Shown here piece after piece: positions 9,514 through 20,334 of a DNA stretch of 56,317 nt. The notes beneath the pieces were generated by a model. The model saw only the letters and a program-made list of their open reading frames with translations, made no database searches and was not told the DNA's origin. The DNA is from Bacteroidales bacterium. Its GTDB lineage: Bacteria > Bacteroidota > Bacteroidia > Bacteroidales > Bacteroidaceae. The stretch's first letter is position 1; the number at the start of each line of letters is the position of its first letter. The stretch spans positions 1-56,317 of the forward strand of contig JAAYSY010000245.1 in the NCBI GenBank assembly GCA_012518235.1. Reading direction: 5' to 3'. A program made the translations under genes and the position numbers.

Positions 9514-11652
9514 ATGAAAGTCCAAAATCCAATACAAAAAATACTAAATAGATACACCATCATAACATTATTGATGGTCGTTATAGGTCTTGCTGTTTTT
9601 ATAAAAGCTACTTGGATTGTTTTTAAACAAAATGATTATTGGAAAGCTGTAGCTAGTCGCTTTGTTAGAGAAAATGTAGAAATAGAACCTAATAGAGGCA
9701 ATATTTTTTCAGCTGATGGAAAACTGATGGCTAGCTCACTACCAGAGTATAGAATATATATGGATTTTATGGTTTGCAAACAGAACAACAAAGACTCCTT
9801 ATTAATGGCACATCTGGATGAAATAGCTCAAGCTATGCATAAAATCCTACCCGATAAAAGCGCAGCTTACTTCAAGCGTATTATAAGACAAGGCCGCAAC
9901 GAAAATAGCAGACACCACCGACTATATCCTAAACCTATTTCATACATACAGTACAAAGAACTTAAAAAACTACCCATTTTTAAACTCGGAAAATACACTG
10001 GTGGATTTCATGAAGAAATGTATAGCAACCAAAGAAAACACCCCTTTGGTTCATTAGCCCAAAGAACACTAGGTGATGTCTACTTAGATTATAAAAAAAT
10101 AGCTAAAAATGGAATAGAGCGTGCATACGACGATTATCTTAGAGGAAAACCTGGGCGTATTCATCGTCAAAGAATACAAAATAAATATATAGCAATGGTT
10201 GATATACCAGCAGAAGATGGTTGTGACATTATTACAACATTAGATGTTGATATGCAAGATATTTGTGAGAAAGCCTTAGTAGACAAACTTTATGAAGTAA
10301 ATGCTATGTCAGGTTCTGTTGTTTTAATGGATGTCAAAACAGGTGACATTAAAGCGATTGTTAATATGACTAGAGCAAGTGACGGTCGCTTCTATGAAAT
10401 GAAGAATAATGCAATTAGCGATATGTATGAGCCTGGATCTATATTTAAGACTGTATCTTTTTTGATAGCATTAGAAGATGGCTATATAAAGTTAGATGAC
10501 ACTGTTGAAACAAAAGACGGATACCACATTATGCACGGAGCTGCAATGATTGATCATAACCGAAATAGAGGTGGTTATGGCACCATAACACTCCGAGATG
10601 CATTTAAGTATTCATCAAATATTGGAGTTTCTCGTCCCATAGATGAAGCATACCACGATAAAAAACAAAAATTCTACGATGGTATTAAGCGAATTGGTTT
10701 AGATCAACCCTTAAAACTCCAAATTGAAGGAGAAGGTACGCCATACATTAAAAATCCAGAAAAAGGGGAGTTTCAAGGTACTACACTTCCTTGGATGAGT
10801 ATTGGATATGAAACTCAAATACCACCCCTTAATATGCTTAACTTCTATAATGCTATAGCTAACAATGGGAAAATGCTAAGACCAAGGCTCGTTACAGCTG
10901 TAGTCAAAAATGGATCTATTATTGAAGAGTTTAAGCCTGAAGTAATGAACTCTTCAATCGCATCGAATAAAACACTGAAACAAATTCAAGAGTTATTGAA
11001 ACTTGTAGTGGTTGAAGGTACTGGAAAACCCGCAAAATCAGATCAATTTGACATAGCAGGAAAAACGGGTACGGCTATTATTCCAAAAAGAAATAAAGGT
11101 TATGCTACAGGTAATGACAGAGACTATAATATGAATTTTTGTGGGTATTTTCCAGCAGATGAACCAAAATACAGTTGTATAGTTTCTATCCAACGATCAG
11201 GTTTTGGATCTTATGCTGCGAGTATGTGTGGCCCTGTATTTAAAAAAATAGCTGAACGCGTTTACGCTAAAGATTTAAAAATGAACATTAATGAAGCTAT
11301 AGATAGTACTAGTTTAATAACACCTAAGGTAAAAAAAGGGGAAATGATGGAAACATTATACGTCCTCAATGAACTAAACATTAAAACAACAAAAGACTTT
11401 ATACCAAACAAAAATAAAAGTATTTGGGGCACAGCTGAAGAGGCTGATAACTTAACCTCATTAAAAAGTAAAGAAATTCAAAATGGCATTGTTCCTAATA
11501 TAAAAGGTATGGGGGCTAAGGATGCCGTCTTCCTATTAGAACAATTAGGATTAAGAGTAAACCTTTCGGGTGTAGGACATGTAACATATCAATCTATAGC
11601 AGAAGGAACAAAGGCTCAGAGAGGACAAACCATAAGTTTAAGGTTAAACTAA
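9514..11652 (+). CDS. ftsI: Class B penicillin-binding protein with C-terminal PASTA domain
   Basis: RGNIFSADG, EPGSIFK (SxxK), SSN (SxN), GKTGTA (KTG), C-terminal VPNIKGM PASTA. Confidence 0.93.
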   Translation: MKVQNPIQKILNRYTIITLLMVVIGLAVFIKATWIVFKQNDYWKAVASRFVRENVEIEPNRGNIFSADGKLMASSLPEYRIYMDFMVCKQNNKDSLLMAHLDEIAQAMHKILPDKSAAYFKRIIRQGRNENSRHHRLYPKPISYIQYKELKKLPIFKLGKYTGGFHEEMYSNQRKHPFGSLAQRTLGDVYLDYKKIAKNGIERAYDDYLRGKPGRIHRQRIQNKYIAMVDIPAEDGCDIITTLDVDMQDICEKALVDKLYEVNAMSGSVVLMDVKTGDIKAIVNMTRASDGRFYEMKNNAISDMYEPGSIFKTVSFLIALEDGYIKLDDTVETKDGYHIMHGAAMIDHNRNRGGYGTITLRDAFKYSSNIGVSRPIDEAYHDKKQKFYDGIKRIGLDQPLKLQIEGEGTPYIKNPEKGEFQGTTLPWMSIGYETQIPPLNMLNFYNAIANNGKMLRPRLVTAVVKNGSIIEEFKPEVMNSSIASNKTLKQIQELLKLVVVEGTGKPAKSDQFDIAGKTGTAIIPKRNKGYATGNDRDYNMNFCGYFPADEPKYSCIVSIQRSGFGSYAASMCGPVFKKIAERVYAKDLKMNINEAIDSTSLITPKVKKGEMMETLYVLNELNIKTTKDFIPNKNKSIWGTAEEADNLTSLKSKEIQNGIVPNIKGMGAKDAVFLLEQLGLRVNLSGVGHVTYQSIAEGTKAQRGQTISLRLN

Positions 11653-11666
11653 CATAGTAGTATAGT

Positions 11667-13121
11667 ATGCAACTAAAGGATTTAATAAACAACATACAAG
11701 TTATACAAAAGGAGGGTTCATTAGATAAAAATGTATCTGGACTTCAAATAGACTCGAGAAAAGTCACAAAGGATAATTTATTTATTGCAACAAAAGGAAC
11801 GATTGTAGATGGGCACATATTTATAGAAGCGGCTATAAGTAATGGTGCTTCAGTTATCGTTTGTGAAGATATACCTAAAGAAACAAACCCAAATACAACT
11901 TACATTCAAGTTGAAGATAGTAATAGGTCTATAGGATTTTTGGCGGATACTTTCTTTGATCATCCATCCAGCAAACTAAAACTGATAGGAATTACTGGCA
12001 CAAATGGTAAAACAACTACAGCCACCCTACTCTATGACTTGTTTACTAAGCTAGGCTATAAAGTAGGCTTACTATCAACTGTTTGCAACTATATTCATGC
12101 ACGACAAGTAGAGACAACACACACAACACCTGATGCTATAACAATCAATAAACTTCTTCATGAAATGGTATTAACAGGCTGTGAATATGCTTTTATGGAA
12201 GTCAGTTCTCATGCAATAGATCAACAAAGGGTATGCGGTCTTTTATTTACTGGTGCTCTATTCAGCAATATTAGCAGGGACCACTTAGATTATCATAAAA
12301 CTTTTGCAAACTACCTTAAGGTTAAGCAATCGTTTTTTGATTCTTTACCTAGTTCATCGTTTGCTTTAACAAATATAGATGACAAAAATGGTGATGTAAT
12401 AGTACAACATACAAAAGCCAAACTTTATACTTACTCTCTACGCAAACTAACAGACTTCAAAGTTAAGATTATCGAGTCTCATCTGGATGGAATGTTATTA
12501 CAACTCAATAGCAAAGAAATAGCAGTCCAATTTAGTGGAGAGTTCAATGCATACAATATCCTAGCAGCATACGGTACAGCTATTATATTAGGTCAAAATG
12601 AAAATGAAGTACTAGTTGCACTTAGTGCATTAAAACCTGCTTCTGGACGATTTGAAACACTTCATTCTACTGATAACAAAACGGTTATAGTTGATTATGC
12701 ACATACCCCTGATGCTCTTATTAATGTACTAAAAACCATTCAAGACATATTAGTCAATCGTGGCAATATTATCACAGTTATAGGAGCAGGGGGAAATAGA
12801 GACAAGGGTAAAAGACCATTGATGGCACAAGAGGCTGCAAAAAAAAGCAACAAGTTGATTATTACAGCCGACAATCCTCGATTTGAAGACCCTCAAGTCA
12901 TTGCAGAGGAAATGTTAGCTGGTTTAAGCGCAGAAGATAAGCAAAAAACACTTTGTATAATCAATAGAAGAGAAGCTATTCGTACAGCCATCTTCCTCGC
13001 TCAACCTAACGATGTTGTTTTAATTGCAGGAAAGGGACATGAAACCTATCAGGAAATCAATGGGATAAAACATCACTTTGATGATAGAGAAGAAGTTAAC
13101 GCAATTTTTAATTCCAAATAA
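11667..13121 (+). CDS. murE: UDP-MurNAc-tripeptide synthetase (meso-DAP adding)
   Basis: GITGTNGKTT, MEVSSH, DYAHTPDA, DNPR (DAP specificity), AGKGHE. Confidence 0.97.
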   Translation: MQLKDLINNIQVIQKEGSLDKNVSGLQIDSRKVTKDNLFIATKGTIVDGHIFIEAAISNGASVIVCEDIPKETNPNTTYIQVEDSNRSIGFLADTFFDHPSSKLKLIGITGTNGKTTTATLLYDLFTKLGYKVGLLSTVCNYIHARQVETTHTTPDAITINKLLHEMVLTGCEYAFMEVSSHAIDQQRVCGLLFTGALFSNISRDHLDYHKTFANYLKVKQSFFDSLPSSSFALTNIDDKNGDVIVQHTKAKLYTYSLRKLTDFKVKIIESHLDGMLLQLNSKEIAVQFSGEFNAYNILAAYGTAIILGQNENEVLVALSALKPASGRFETLHSTDNKTVIVDYAHTPDALINVLKTIQDILVNRGNIITVIGAGGNRDKGKRPLMAQEAAKKSNKLIITADNPRFEDPQVIAEEMLAGLSAEDKQKTLCIINRREAIRTAIFLAQPNDVVLIAGKGHETYQEINGIKHHFDDREEVNAIFNSK

Positions 13122-13129
13122 AAGAAAAA

Positions 13130-14398
13130 ATGCTGTATTATATATTCGATTGGCTAGAACAGTTTGATTTACCTGGAGCAAGAATGTTTAGTTATACTTC
13201 ATTCAGAGCTCTAATGGCTATCATAATAGCACTGTTAATTTCCACCATTTGGGGCGATAAATTCATTGATTTGCTTAAGAAAAAGCAAATTACAGAAATT
13301 CAACGTGATAAAAGAATAGACCCTTTTGGTGTTGACAAAATAGGTGTACCCAGCATGGGAGGCGTTATCATTATTGTAGCTATACTCATACCTTGTCTTT
13401 TACTTGGTAAACTTCATAATATTTATATGATATTAATGTTAATCACTACTGTCTGGCTTGGAACCCTTGGCTTTATAGATGACTATATTAAGATATTCAA
13501 GAGAAATAAAGAAGGACTACATGGCAAATTTAAAATAATAGGACAAGTAGGATTAGGACTTATTGTTGGACTTACATTATATCTTAGTCCAGATGTGGTT
13601 ATTAGAGAAAATATAGAAATAGACACAGGAGAAGACTTTATTGAAGTGGTACATGCAAAAGACCTTGTTAAATCAACTAAAACAACAATTCCATTTATGA
13701 AGTCAAACAATTTAGACTACACAGATTTTGTCTCCTTTTTAGGAGACAAAGCTCAATCTGCTGGTTGGATTGTTTTTGTTCTTGTTACTATATTTGTAAT
13801 CACAGCAGTTTCCAATGGCGCCAACCTCAACGATGGTATGGACGGAATGGCTGCGGGAAACTCCGCTATTATTGGTCTTACCCTAGGAATTCTAGCCTAC
13901 GTATCTAGTCATGTTGAATTTGCTAAATACTTGAACATTATGTTTATACCAGGAAGTGAGGAACTCGTTATTTTTATAAGTGCATTTATTGGTGCCCTCA
14001 TTGGTTTCTTGTGGTATAATGCCTATCCCGCTCAAATTTTCATGGGTGACACGGGTAGCCTAACTATTGGAGGAATTATAGCTGTATTAGCTATTATTAT
14101 TAGAAAAGAACTTTTAATCCCCATACTGTGTGGGATTTTCTTAGTGGAAAGTTTGTCTGTTATTATGCAAGTAAGGTATTTCAAAAAAGGAAAAAAGAGA
14201 GGAGTCAAACAAAGAATATTTAAACGCACTCCTATTCACGATCACTTTAGAACAACTTTATCGCAGCTAGACCCTACATGCACATATAAAATAACCAAAC
14301 CGGCAAAAGTTTTTCACGAATCTAAAATCACTATAAGGTTTTGGATTACCACTATTATATTAGCTGCAATAACAATTATAACATTAAAGATAAGATAA
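13130..14398 (+). CDS. mraY: Phospho-MurNAc-pentapeptide transferase
   Basis: Multi-pass membrane protein; PSMGG, GFIDDY, NGANLNDGMDG, FMGDTGS, PIHDHF. Confidence 0.97.
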   Translation: MLYYIFDWLEQFDLPGARMFSYTSFRALMAIIIALLISTIWGDKFIDLLKKKQITEIQRDKRIDPFGVDKIGVPSMGGVIIIVAILIPCLLLGKLHNIYMILMLITTVWLGTLGFIDDYIKIFKRNKEGLHGKFKIIGQVGLGLIVGLTLYLSPDVVIRENIEIDTGEDFIEVVHAKDLVKSTKTTIPFMKSNNLDYTDFVSFLGDKAQSAGWIVFVLVTIFVITAVSNGANLNDGMDGMAAGNSAIIGLTLGILAYVSSHVEFAKYLNIMFIPGSEELVIFISAFIGALIGFLWYNAYPAQIFMGDTGSLTIGGIIAVLAIIIRKELLIPILCGIFLVESLSVIMQVRYFKKGKKRGVKQRIFKRTPIHDHFRTTLSQLDPTCTYKITKPAKVFHESKITIRFWITTIILAAITIITLKIR

Positions 14399-14399
14399 T

Positions 14400-15734
14400 A
14401 TGTCAAAAAGAATAGTCATTTTAGGAGCAGGCGAAAGCGGATCTGGTGCTGCTGTATTGTCTCAAACAAAAGGGTTTGAAACTTTTGTTTCTGACAGTTC
14501 TTTTATTAAAGACAAATACAAAGATCTTCTAGATTCTTATCAGATTCCATGGGAAGAAGGATCGCATACTTTAACTAACATATTAAATGCGGATGAGGTA
14601 ATAAAAAGTCCTGGTATCCCTAATAACTCACCAATTATTTGCCAAATCAGGGAGAAAGGTATTCCCATAATCTCTGAAATAGAGTTTGCAGGGAGATATA
14701 CTTCTGCACAAATGATTTGCGTTACTGGATCGAATGGAAAAACAACAACAGCAACTCTTATTTATCATATTTTCAAAGATGCTGGTTTAAATGTTGGACT
14801 TGCGGGAAACATTGGTAGTAGTTTAGCTTTACAAGTAGCTACTGAAGAACATGATTACTATATTATTGAGCTCAGCTCATTTCAGTTAGACAATATGTAT
14901 GAGTTTAGAGCAAATATAGCTGTTTTATTAAATATCACAGCCGATCATTTAGATCGCTATGATAATGATATGCAACAATATATAGAGGCTAAATTCCGAA
15001 TCACACAAAATCAAACACCAGAAGACTCTTTTGTGTATTGGAATGAAGACCCTGTTATTAAAAAAGAACTATCTAAACATGGTATACAAGCACACTTATT
15101 TCCTTTTTCAGAGAAAAAACAAGATGGTGCTATTGGATATACAGAGAACAATAAAATAATTATTACAGAACCTATAGCTTTTAATATGGAGCAAGAGAAG
15201 CTAGCTTTAACAGGTAAACATAATCTTTATAACTCTTTAGCTGCAGGAATATCAGCTAACATATCAGGTATCACTAACGAAAAAATCAGAAAAGCATTAT
15301 CCGATTTTAAAGGAGTAGAGCATCGTTTAGAATATGTAGCAAGTGTGCGAGGAGTAGATTATATTAACGATTCAAAAGCAACCAATGTTAACTCTTGCTG
15401 GTATGCACTTAATAGTATCAAAACTAAAATTGTGCTAATTTTAGGAGGTACAGATAAAGGGAACGATTATAACGAAATAAGTGAACTAATAGAAGAAAAA
15501 TGCTCTGGTTTAATTTTCTTAGGCAAAGATAATAGCAAACTACAGCGTTTTTTCAAAGCATACAATGTGCCACAAAAGGAAGCAAAATCTATGCAAGAAG
15601 CTGTGAATATAGCTTACACTATAGGTAAAAAAGGAGAAACTGTTTTACTTAGTCCTGCTTGTGCTTCTTTCGACTTATTTACTAGTTATGAAGACAGAGG
15701 AGATCAGTTTAAAAATGCTGTTTTGAACTTATAA
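14400..15734 (+). CDS. murD: UDP-MurNAc-L-Ala:D-Glu ligase
   Basis: VTGSNGKTT, ELSSFQL, DHLDRY, NDSKATN, LLSPACASFD. Confidence 0.97.
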   Translation: MSKRIVILGAGESGSGAAVLSQTKGFETFVSDSSFIKDKYKDLLDSYQIPWEEGSHTLTNILNADEVIKSPGIPNNSPIICQIREKGIPIISEIEFAGRYTSAQMICVTGSNGKTTTATLIYHIFKDAGLNVGLAGNIGSSLALQVATEEHDYYIIELSSFQLDNMYEFRANIAVLLNITADHLDRYDNDMQQYIEAKFRITQNQTPEDSFVYWNEDPVIKKELSKHGIQAHLFPFSEKKQDGAIGYTENNKIIITEPIAFNMEQEKLALTGKHNLYNSLAAGISANISGITNEKIRKALSDFKGVEHRLEYVASVRGVDYINDSKATNVNSCWYALNSIKTKIVLILGGTDKGNDYNEISELIEEKCSGLIFLGKDNSKLQRFFKAYNVPQKEAKSMQEAVNIAYTIGKKGETVLLSPACASFDLFTSYEDRGDQFKNAVLNL

Positions 15735-15744
15735 AAGGATTTGA

Positions 15745-17058
15745 ATGGACTTACTAAGAAAAATATTCAGAGGTGATCGAGTAGTTTGGATAATCTATGG
15801 GCTACTATGTGTAATATCAATAATTGAGGTTTTCAGTGCTGCCAGTACACTTACTTTTAAATCAGGCAATCATTGGCTTCCTATTCGACATCATATTATT
15901 ACATTAGCTATCGGATTTTTAGCTGTTATTTTTTTTCAATATGTAAACTTAAATAGCATCAGAAAGATAGGGCTATACATCTTTTATCCCACATCATTTA
16001 TTTTATTAATTGTAGTCATTCTAATTTCATTCTATACCGGTGAAAAAGTAAATGACGCAGCCAGATGGCTCGATATCTTTGGCTTTCAATTTCAACCCTC
16101 AGAGTTAGCTAAGCTTTCAATTATTATATTAACAGCACACTGTTTAACTAAATACAAGGAGTCCGATGGAAAACCTGGTACAAAAGCTTTATTAATAATT
16201 GCTGCTCTTACTCTTCCTGTTTGTTTTCTTATCTTTTCAGAAAACTTATCAACTACTTTGCTAATAGGTCTTGTAGTCTATTTAATGTTATTTCTTGGTA
16301 GATTAAATACACGATTATTTCTTAAAATTACAACTGTTGGACTTCTATTAGCCACACTACTACTAAGTGTTATCATGTTAGCACCTACACAAAAGAAAAA
16401 CAAAGAAAGTAATACTATAGAAATATCATTTTTACCCAGTCGTTTATCTACATGGAAATCTAGAATCCTAACTTTTTTCGATAATGAATACATACCTCCA
16501 GAAAAATATGATGTGGATAAAAACGGACAGATTGCACATGCTAATATAGCTATAGCGTCTAGCAAAGGCATTGGCAAAGGACCTGGAAATTCTACTCAAA
16601 GAGATTTTTTGAGTCAAGCTTTCTCTGACTTTATTTATGCAATTATTATAGAAGAATTTGGTTTATTTTTTGGAGCTGCTTTAGTTATCGTCCTTTATTT
16701 ATGGCTCTTTATGCGAGTCGGTAGAATAGCCCATAACTGTCAACATACATTCCCTACTCTTTTAGTCATGGGTATTGCACTAATGATAGTAACCCAAGCT
16801 TTTATTAATATGCTTGTAGCAGTTAATTTAATACCTGTAACAGGGCAGCCACTTCCTTTAATTAGTAAAGGAGGATCGAGCTCATTAATCAATAGTGCCT
16901 ACATAGGTATAATTTTAAGTGTTAGTAGATATACAAAACTCATAGAACAACAAGATAAAATAAAAGAAACACAAGAAATAGGAGTAGAAGCTAATGCTAT
17001 TATTGAAGATTTACCATTAGAAATCGATCTCTCAATAGATCATACGGAAAAACAATAA
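15745..17058 (+). CDS. ftsW: SEDS peptidoglycan polymerase
   Basis: ARW, FQPSELAK, SDFIYAIIIEEFG, PVTGQPLPLISKGGSS. Confidence 0.93.
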   Translation: MDLLRKIFRGDRVVWIIYGLLCVISIIEVFSAASTLTFKSGNHWLPIRHHIITLAIGFLAVIFFQYVNLNSIRKIGLYIFYPTSFILLIVVILISFYTGEKVNDAARWLDIFGFQFQPSELAKLSIIILTAHCLTKYKESDGKPGTKALLIIAALTLPVCFLIFSENLSTTLLIGLVVYLMLFLGRLNTRLFLKITTVGLLLATLLLSVIMLAPTQKKNKESNTIEISFLPSRLSTWKSRILTFFDNEYIPPEKYDVDKNGQIAHANIAIASSKGIGKGPGNSTQRDFLSQAFSDFIYAIIIEEFGLFFGAALVIVLYLWLFMRVGRIAHNCQHTFPTLLVMGIALMIVTQAFINMLVAVNLIPVTGQPLPLISKGGSSSLINSAYIGIILSVSRYTKLIEQQDKIKETQEIGVEANAIIEDLPLEIDLSIDHTEKQ

Positions 17059-17070
17059 AAATGGAGGAGC

Positions 17071-18189
17071 ATGAATAACGATGATGTTAAAATAATAATA
17101 AGTGGTGGAGGAACAGGAGGTCATATATTTCCAGCATTAGCCATAGCTAAAGCTATAAAAAACATAACCCCATCAGCTGAACTACTTTTTGTTGGTGCAG
17201 AAGGTAAAATGGAAATGGAACGAGTTCCTGAAGCAGGTTACCCTATTATAGGACTTCCAATTGTTGGCTTTAATAGAAAACAATTATGGAAAAACATCAA
17301 AGTTTTATTCCAACTCTATAAGAGCCAACGCATGGCTCGAAAAATAATTAAAAACTTCCACCCAGATGTTGTTGTAGGTGTAGGTGGATATGCCAGTGGT
17401 CCAACACTTAACATTGCATCAAAACTAGGAATACCTACATTAATTCAAGAGCAAAACTCATATGCAGGTGTAACCAACAAAATCTTAGGAAAAAAAGCAA
17501 AAGTTATTTGTGTGGCTTACTCTGGTATGGAGAGGTTCTTTCCAAAAGACAAAATTATTTTAACAGGAAACCCTGTTAGACAGAACTTATTAGACTCAAC
17601 AATAACAAAAGAAAAGGCCCTGAAACAATTAAATCTATCTCTTAACAAAAAAACCATTTTAATTGTAGGAGGTAGTCTTGGAGCACAGTCTGTTAATGAG
17701 AGTGTTCTTGCACAATTAGATTTAATTAGAAAAAATCACGACATACAATTTATTTGGCAAACAGGAAAATTATATTTTGATAGAATCAAAAAAACAATTA
17801 ATTCCTCTCCTGCTATTTCTAACCTCCAAATTAAGGCATTTATTAAAGAAATGGATACTGCTTATGCAGCAGCAGATTTAATTATATCACGAGCTGGAGC
17901 AGGTTCTATATCTGAGTTTTGCTTATTAGAAAAAGCTGTTATTCTTGTTCCATCTCCAAATGTTGCAGAAGATCACCAAACAAAAAACGCAATGGCCTTG
18001 GTAGATAAGAATGCAGCAATATATGTTAAAGATAAGGATGCAAAAAAGGAGTTAATCCCATTAGCTATAGAAAGTATTAAAAACGAAGAACTACTTCAAG
18101 AATTAAAAAAGAATATTGGAACACTCGCACTACCTAATTCTGCTACTGTTATTGCAAATAAAGTGCTAGAATTGGCCAAAAAACATTAA
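17071..18189 (+). CDS. murG: Lipid II GlcNAc transferase
   Basis: GGGTGGHIFP, GGYAS, EQNS, GNPVR, GGSLGA, SRAGA, HQTKNA. Confidence 0.98.
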   Translation: MNNDDVKIIISGGGTGGHIFPALAIAKAIKNITPSAELLFVGAEGKMEMERVPEAGYPIIGLPIVGFNRKQLWKNIKVLFQLYKSQRMARKIIKNFHPDVVVGVGGYASGPTLNIASKLGIPTLIQEQNSYAGVTNKILGKKAKVICVAYSGMERFFPKDKIILTGNPVRQNLLDSTITKEKALKQLNLSLNKKTILIVGGSLGAQSVNESVLAQLDLIRKNHDIQFIWQTGKLYFDRIKKTINSSPAISNLQIKAFIKEMDTAYAAADLIISRAGAGSISEFCLLEKAVILVPSPNVAEDHQTKNAMALVDKNAAIYVKDKDAKKELIPLAIESIKNEELLQELKKNIGTLALPNSATVIANKVLELAKKH

Positions 18190-18201
18190 AAACGAAAAGT
18201 G

Positions 18202-19581
18202 ATGACTCTAGAAAACATTAAAAACATATTTTTCATAGGTATAGGAGGAATTGGCATGAGTGCCTTAGCTCGTTATTTTCTCTTTCAAGGAAAAAATGTA
18301 GGCGGATATGATAAGACACCATCTATTTTAACAAAAGAATTAGAAAAGGAAGGAGCCAATATTCATTACAATGATAGTTTAGCGTCTATTCCAGCCTCAT
18401 TTAAAAATAAAGAGGAGACTCTTATTATTTATACCCCAGCAATCTCAACAGACCATAAAGAATTTCAGTATTTTCAATCGAATCATTTTCAAATCAAGAA
18501 AAGAGCCGAAGTCCTAGGTCTAATAACACAATCCAGCAAAGGCTTATGTATTGCTGGAACTCACGGAAAAACAACTACCAGCACAATGCTGGCACACATT
18601 TTACATCAATCTCATATTGATTGTAACGCTTTTCTCGGTGGAATATCAAAAAACTATAACACCAACCTACTTCTTTCAAGTACTAGCCAATATTCAGTTA
18701 TCGAAGCTGATGAATACGATCGTTCTTTCCACTGGCTTACTCCCTATATAGCAGTGATTACTTCAGCAGAACCCGATCATTTAGATATTTATGGATCAGA
18801 AGCTTGTTATATGGAAAGCTTTGAAAAATTCACCTCATTAATTCAACCTAATGGAACCCTACTACTAAGAGAGGGGCTATCTATAAAACCTAAAGTCCAA
18901 AAGGGTGTTAAAGTATATACGTACTCTATTAATAAAGGAGACTATTACGCCGAAAACATTCTAATAGAGAATGGAGAAATAATATTCGATTTCATAACAC
19001 CTAATGAAAGAATTAAAGAAGTTAAATTAGGGGTTCCTATAGCTATAAACATAGAAAATAGTATTGCTGCAATGGCAGTAGCATTACTTACTGGGGCAAC
19101 ACAAGAGGAAGTTAAAAAAGGAATAGAATCATATAAAGGAGTAGATCGCAGATTTGATTTTCAAATAAAGTCTCCTAATCTGGTCTTTCTCAATGACTAT
19201 GCCCACCATCCAGCAGAAGTAAAACAAAGTATTGCATCAATTAGACAACTTTATCCTGAGAGGAAAATTACTGGTGTGTTTCAACCTCATTTATATAGTC
19301 GTACTCAAAGTTTTTATAGAGAGTTTGCTAAAAGCTTATCTCTTTTAGATAGAGTCATACTATTAGACATCTATCCAGCAAGAGAACAACCCATTAAGGG
19401 GATTAGTAGTCAACTAATATACGATGAATTAGACTCCTCAGTAGAAAAAAGACTTATTAAAAAAGATGAGTTATTACATATCATAGAAGATGAATCTATC
19501 GAAGTTTTAATTACATTAGGAGCAGGAGATATTAACACCTTTGTCCCCTTTATTAAAAACATTTTATTGAAAAAATTGTAA
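18202..19581 (+). CDS. murC: UDP-MurNAc:L-Ala ligase
   Basis: FIGIGGIGMSALA, GTHGKTTT, EADEYD, DYAHHP, FQPH. ATG at 18202; GTG at 18199 is also possible. Confidence 0.97.
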   Translation: MTLENIKNIFFIGIGGIGMSALARYFLFQGKNVGGYDKTPSILTKELEKEGANIHYNDSLASIPASFKNKEETLIIYTPAISTDHKEFQYFQSNHFQIKKRAEVLGLITQSSKGLCIAGTHGKTTTSTMLAHILHQSHIDCNAFLGGISKNYNTNLLLSSTSQYSVIEADEYDRSFHWLTPYIAVITSAEPDHLDIYGSEACYMESFEKFTSLIQPNGTLLLREGLSIKPKVQKGVKVYTYSINKGDYYAENILIENGEIIFDFITPNERIKEVKLGVPIAINIENSIAAMAVALLTGATQEEVKKGIESYKGVDRRFDFQIKSPNLVFLNDYAHHPAEVKQSIASIRQLYPERKITGVFQPHLYSRTQSFYREFAKSLSLLDRVILLDIYPAREQPIKGISSQLIYDELDSSVEKRLIKKDELLHIIEDESIEVLITLGAGDINTFVPFIKNILLKKL

Positions 19582-19591
19582 TTAACTATAT

Positions 19592-20323
19592 ATGATTAAA
19601 AGAGTTTTTATAATCCTAGTACTACTTGCTGTAATTGCTTATTTAATAGCAGCTATGGTGACCTTTAATAATAAGCCAACAGGTGTCGTGTGTACTGGTG
19701 TAGAACTCGTCATAAAAGACACCCTAAAAGCACACTTCATCACTAGTGAAGAGATCTTTCGCCTATTAGAAAATAAAAAGCTTTATCCTGTAGGAAAAAG
19801 AATGGATGAAATTAATTCATTAAGTATTGAAAAAGAATTAGAACAAAATCCTTTAATCAGTCGAGTAGAATGTTATAAAACACCCAGCGATAAAGTTTGC
19901 ATAGAGATTCATCAACGTATTCCAATATTAAGAGTGATGAATCAAAAAAATGATTATTTTATAGATAATCAAGGAACTATTATGCCACATAATACAAAAT
20001 GTGTTTCTCATTTAATTATTATTACAGGCAGTGTAGATAAAGCATTTGCTACTCAAGAGTTATATACTTTTGGTCAATATTTAAACAGCAATCCCTTTTG
20101 GAGTGCACAAATTGAACAAATAAACATACTACCAAATGAAGAAGTAGAGCTAGTCCCAAGGATTGGAGATCATATCATCCATTTAGGTAAACTAGAGAAC
20201 TTTGAAAAAAAACTAGAGAGACTAAAAACATTCTATATTAAAGGACTAAATAAAGTCGGTTGGAATAAATACAAACGAATTAATTTAGAGTATAGTAATC
20301 AAATAATTTGCACGAAAAGATAA
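19592..20323 (+). CDS. ftsQ: Cell division protein FtsQ/DivIB
   Basis: N-terminal transmembrane helix, POTRA-like region, QRIPILR; lies between murC and ftsA. Confidence 0.88.
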   Translation: MIKRVFIILVLLAVIAYLIAAMVTFNNKPTGVVCTGVELVIKDTLKAHFITSEEIFRLLENKKLYPVGKRMDEINSLSIEKELEQNPLISRVECYKTPSDKVCIEIHQRIPILRVMNQKNDYFIDNQGTIMPHNTKCVSHLIIITGSVDKAFATQELYTFGQYLNSNPFWSAQIEQINILPNEEVELVPRIGDHIIHLGKLENFEKKLERLKTFYIKGLNKVGWNKYKRINLEYSNQIICTKR

Positions 20324-20334
20324 AACAATATAAT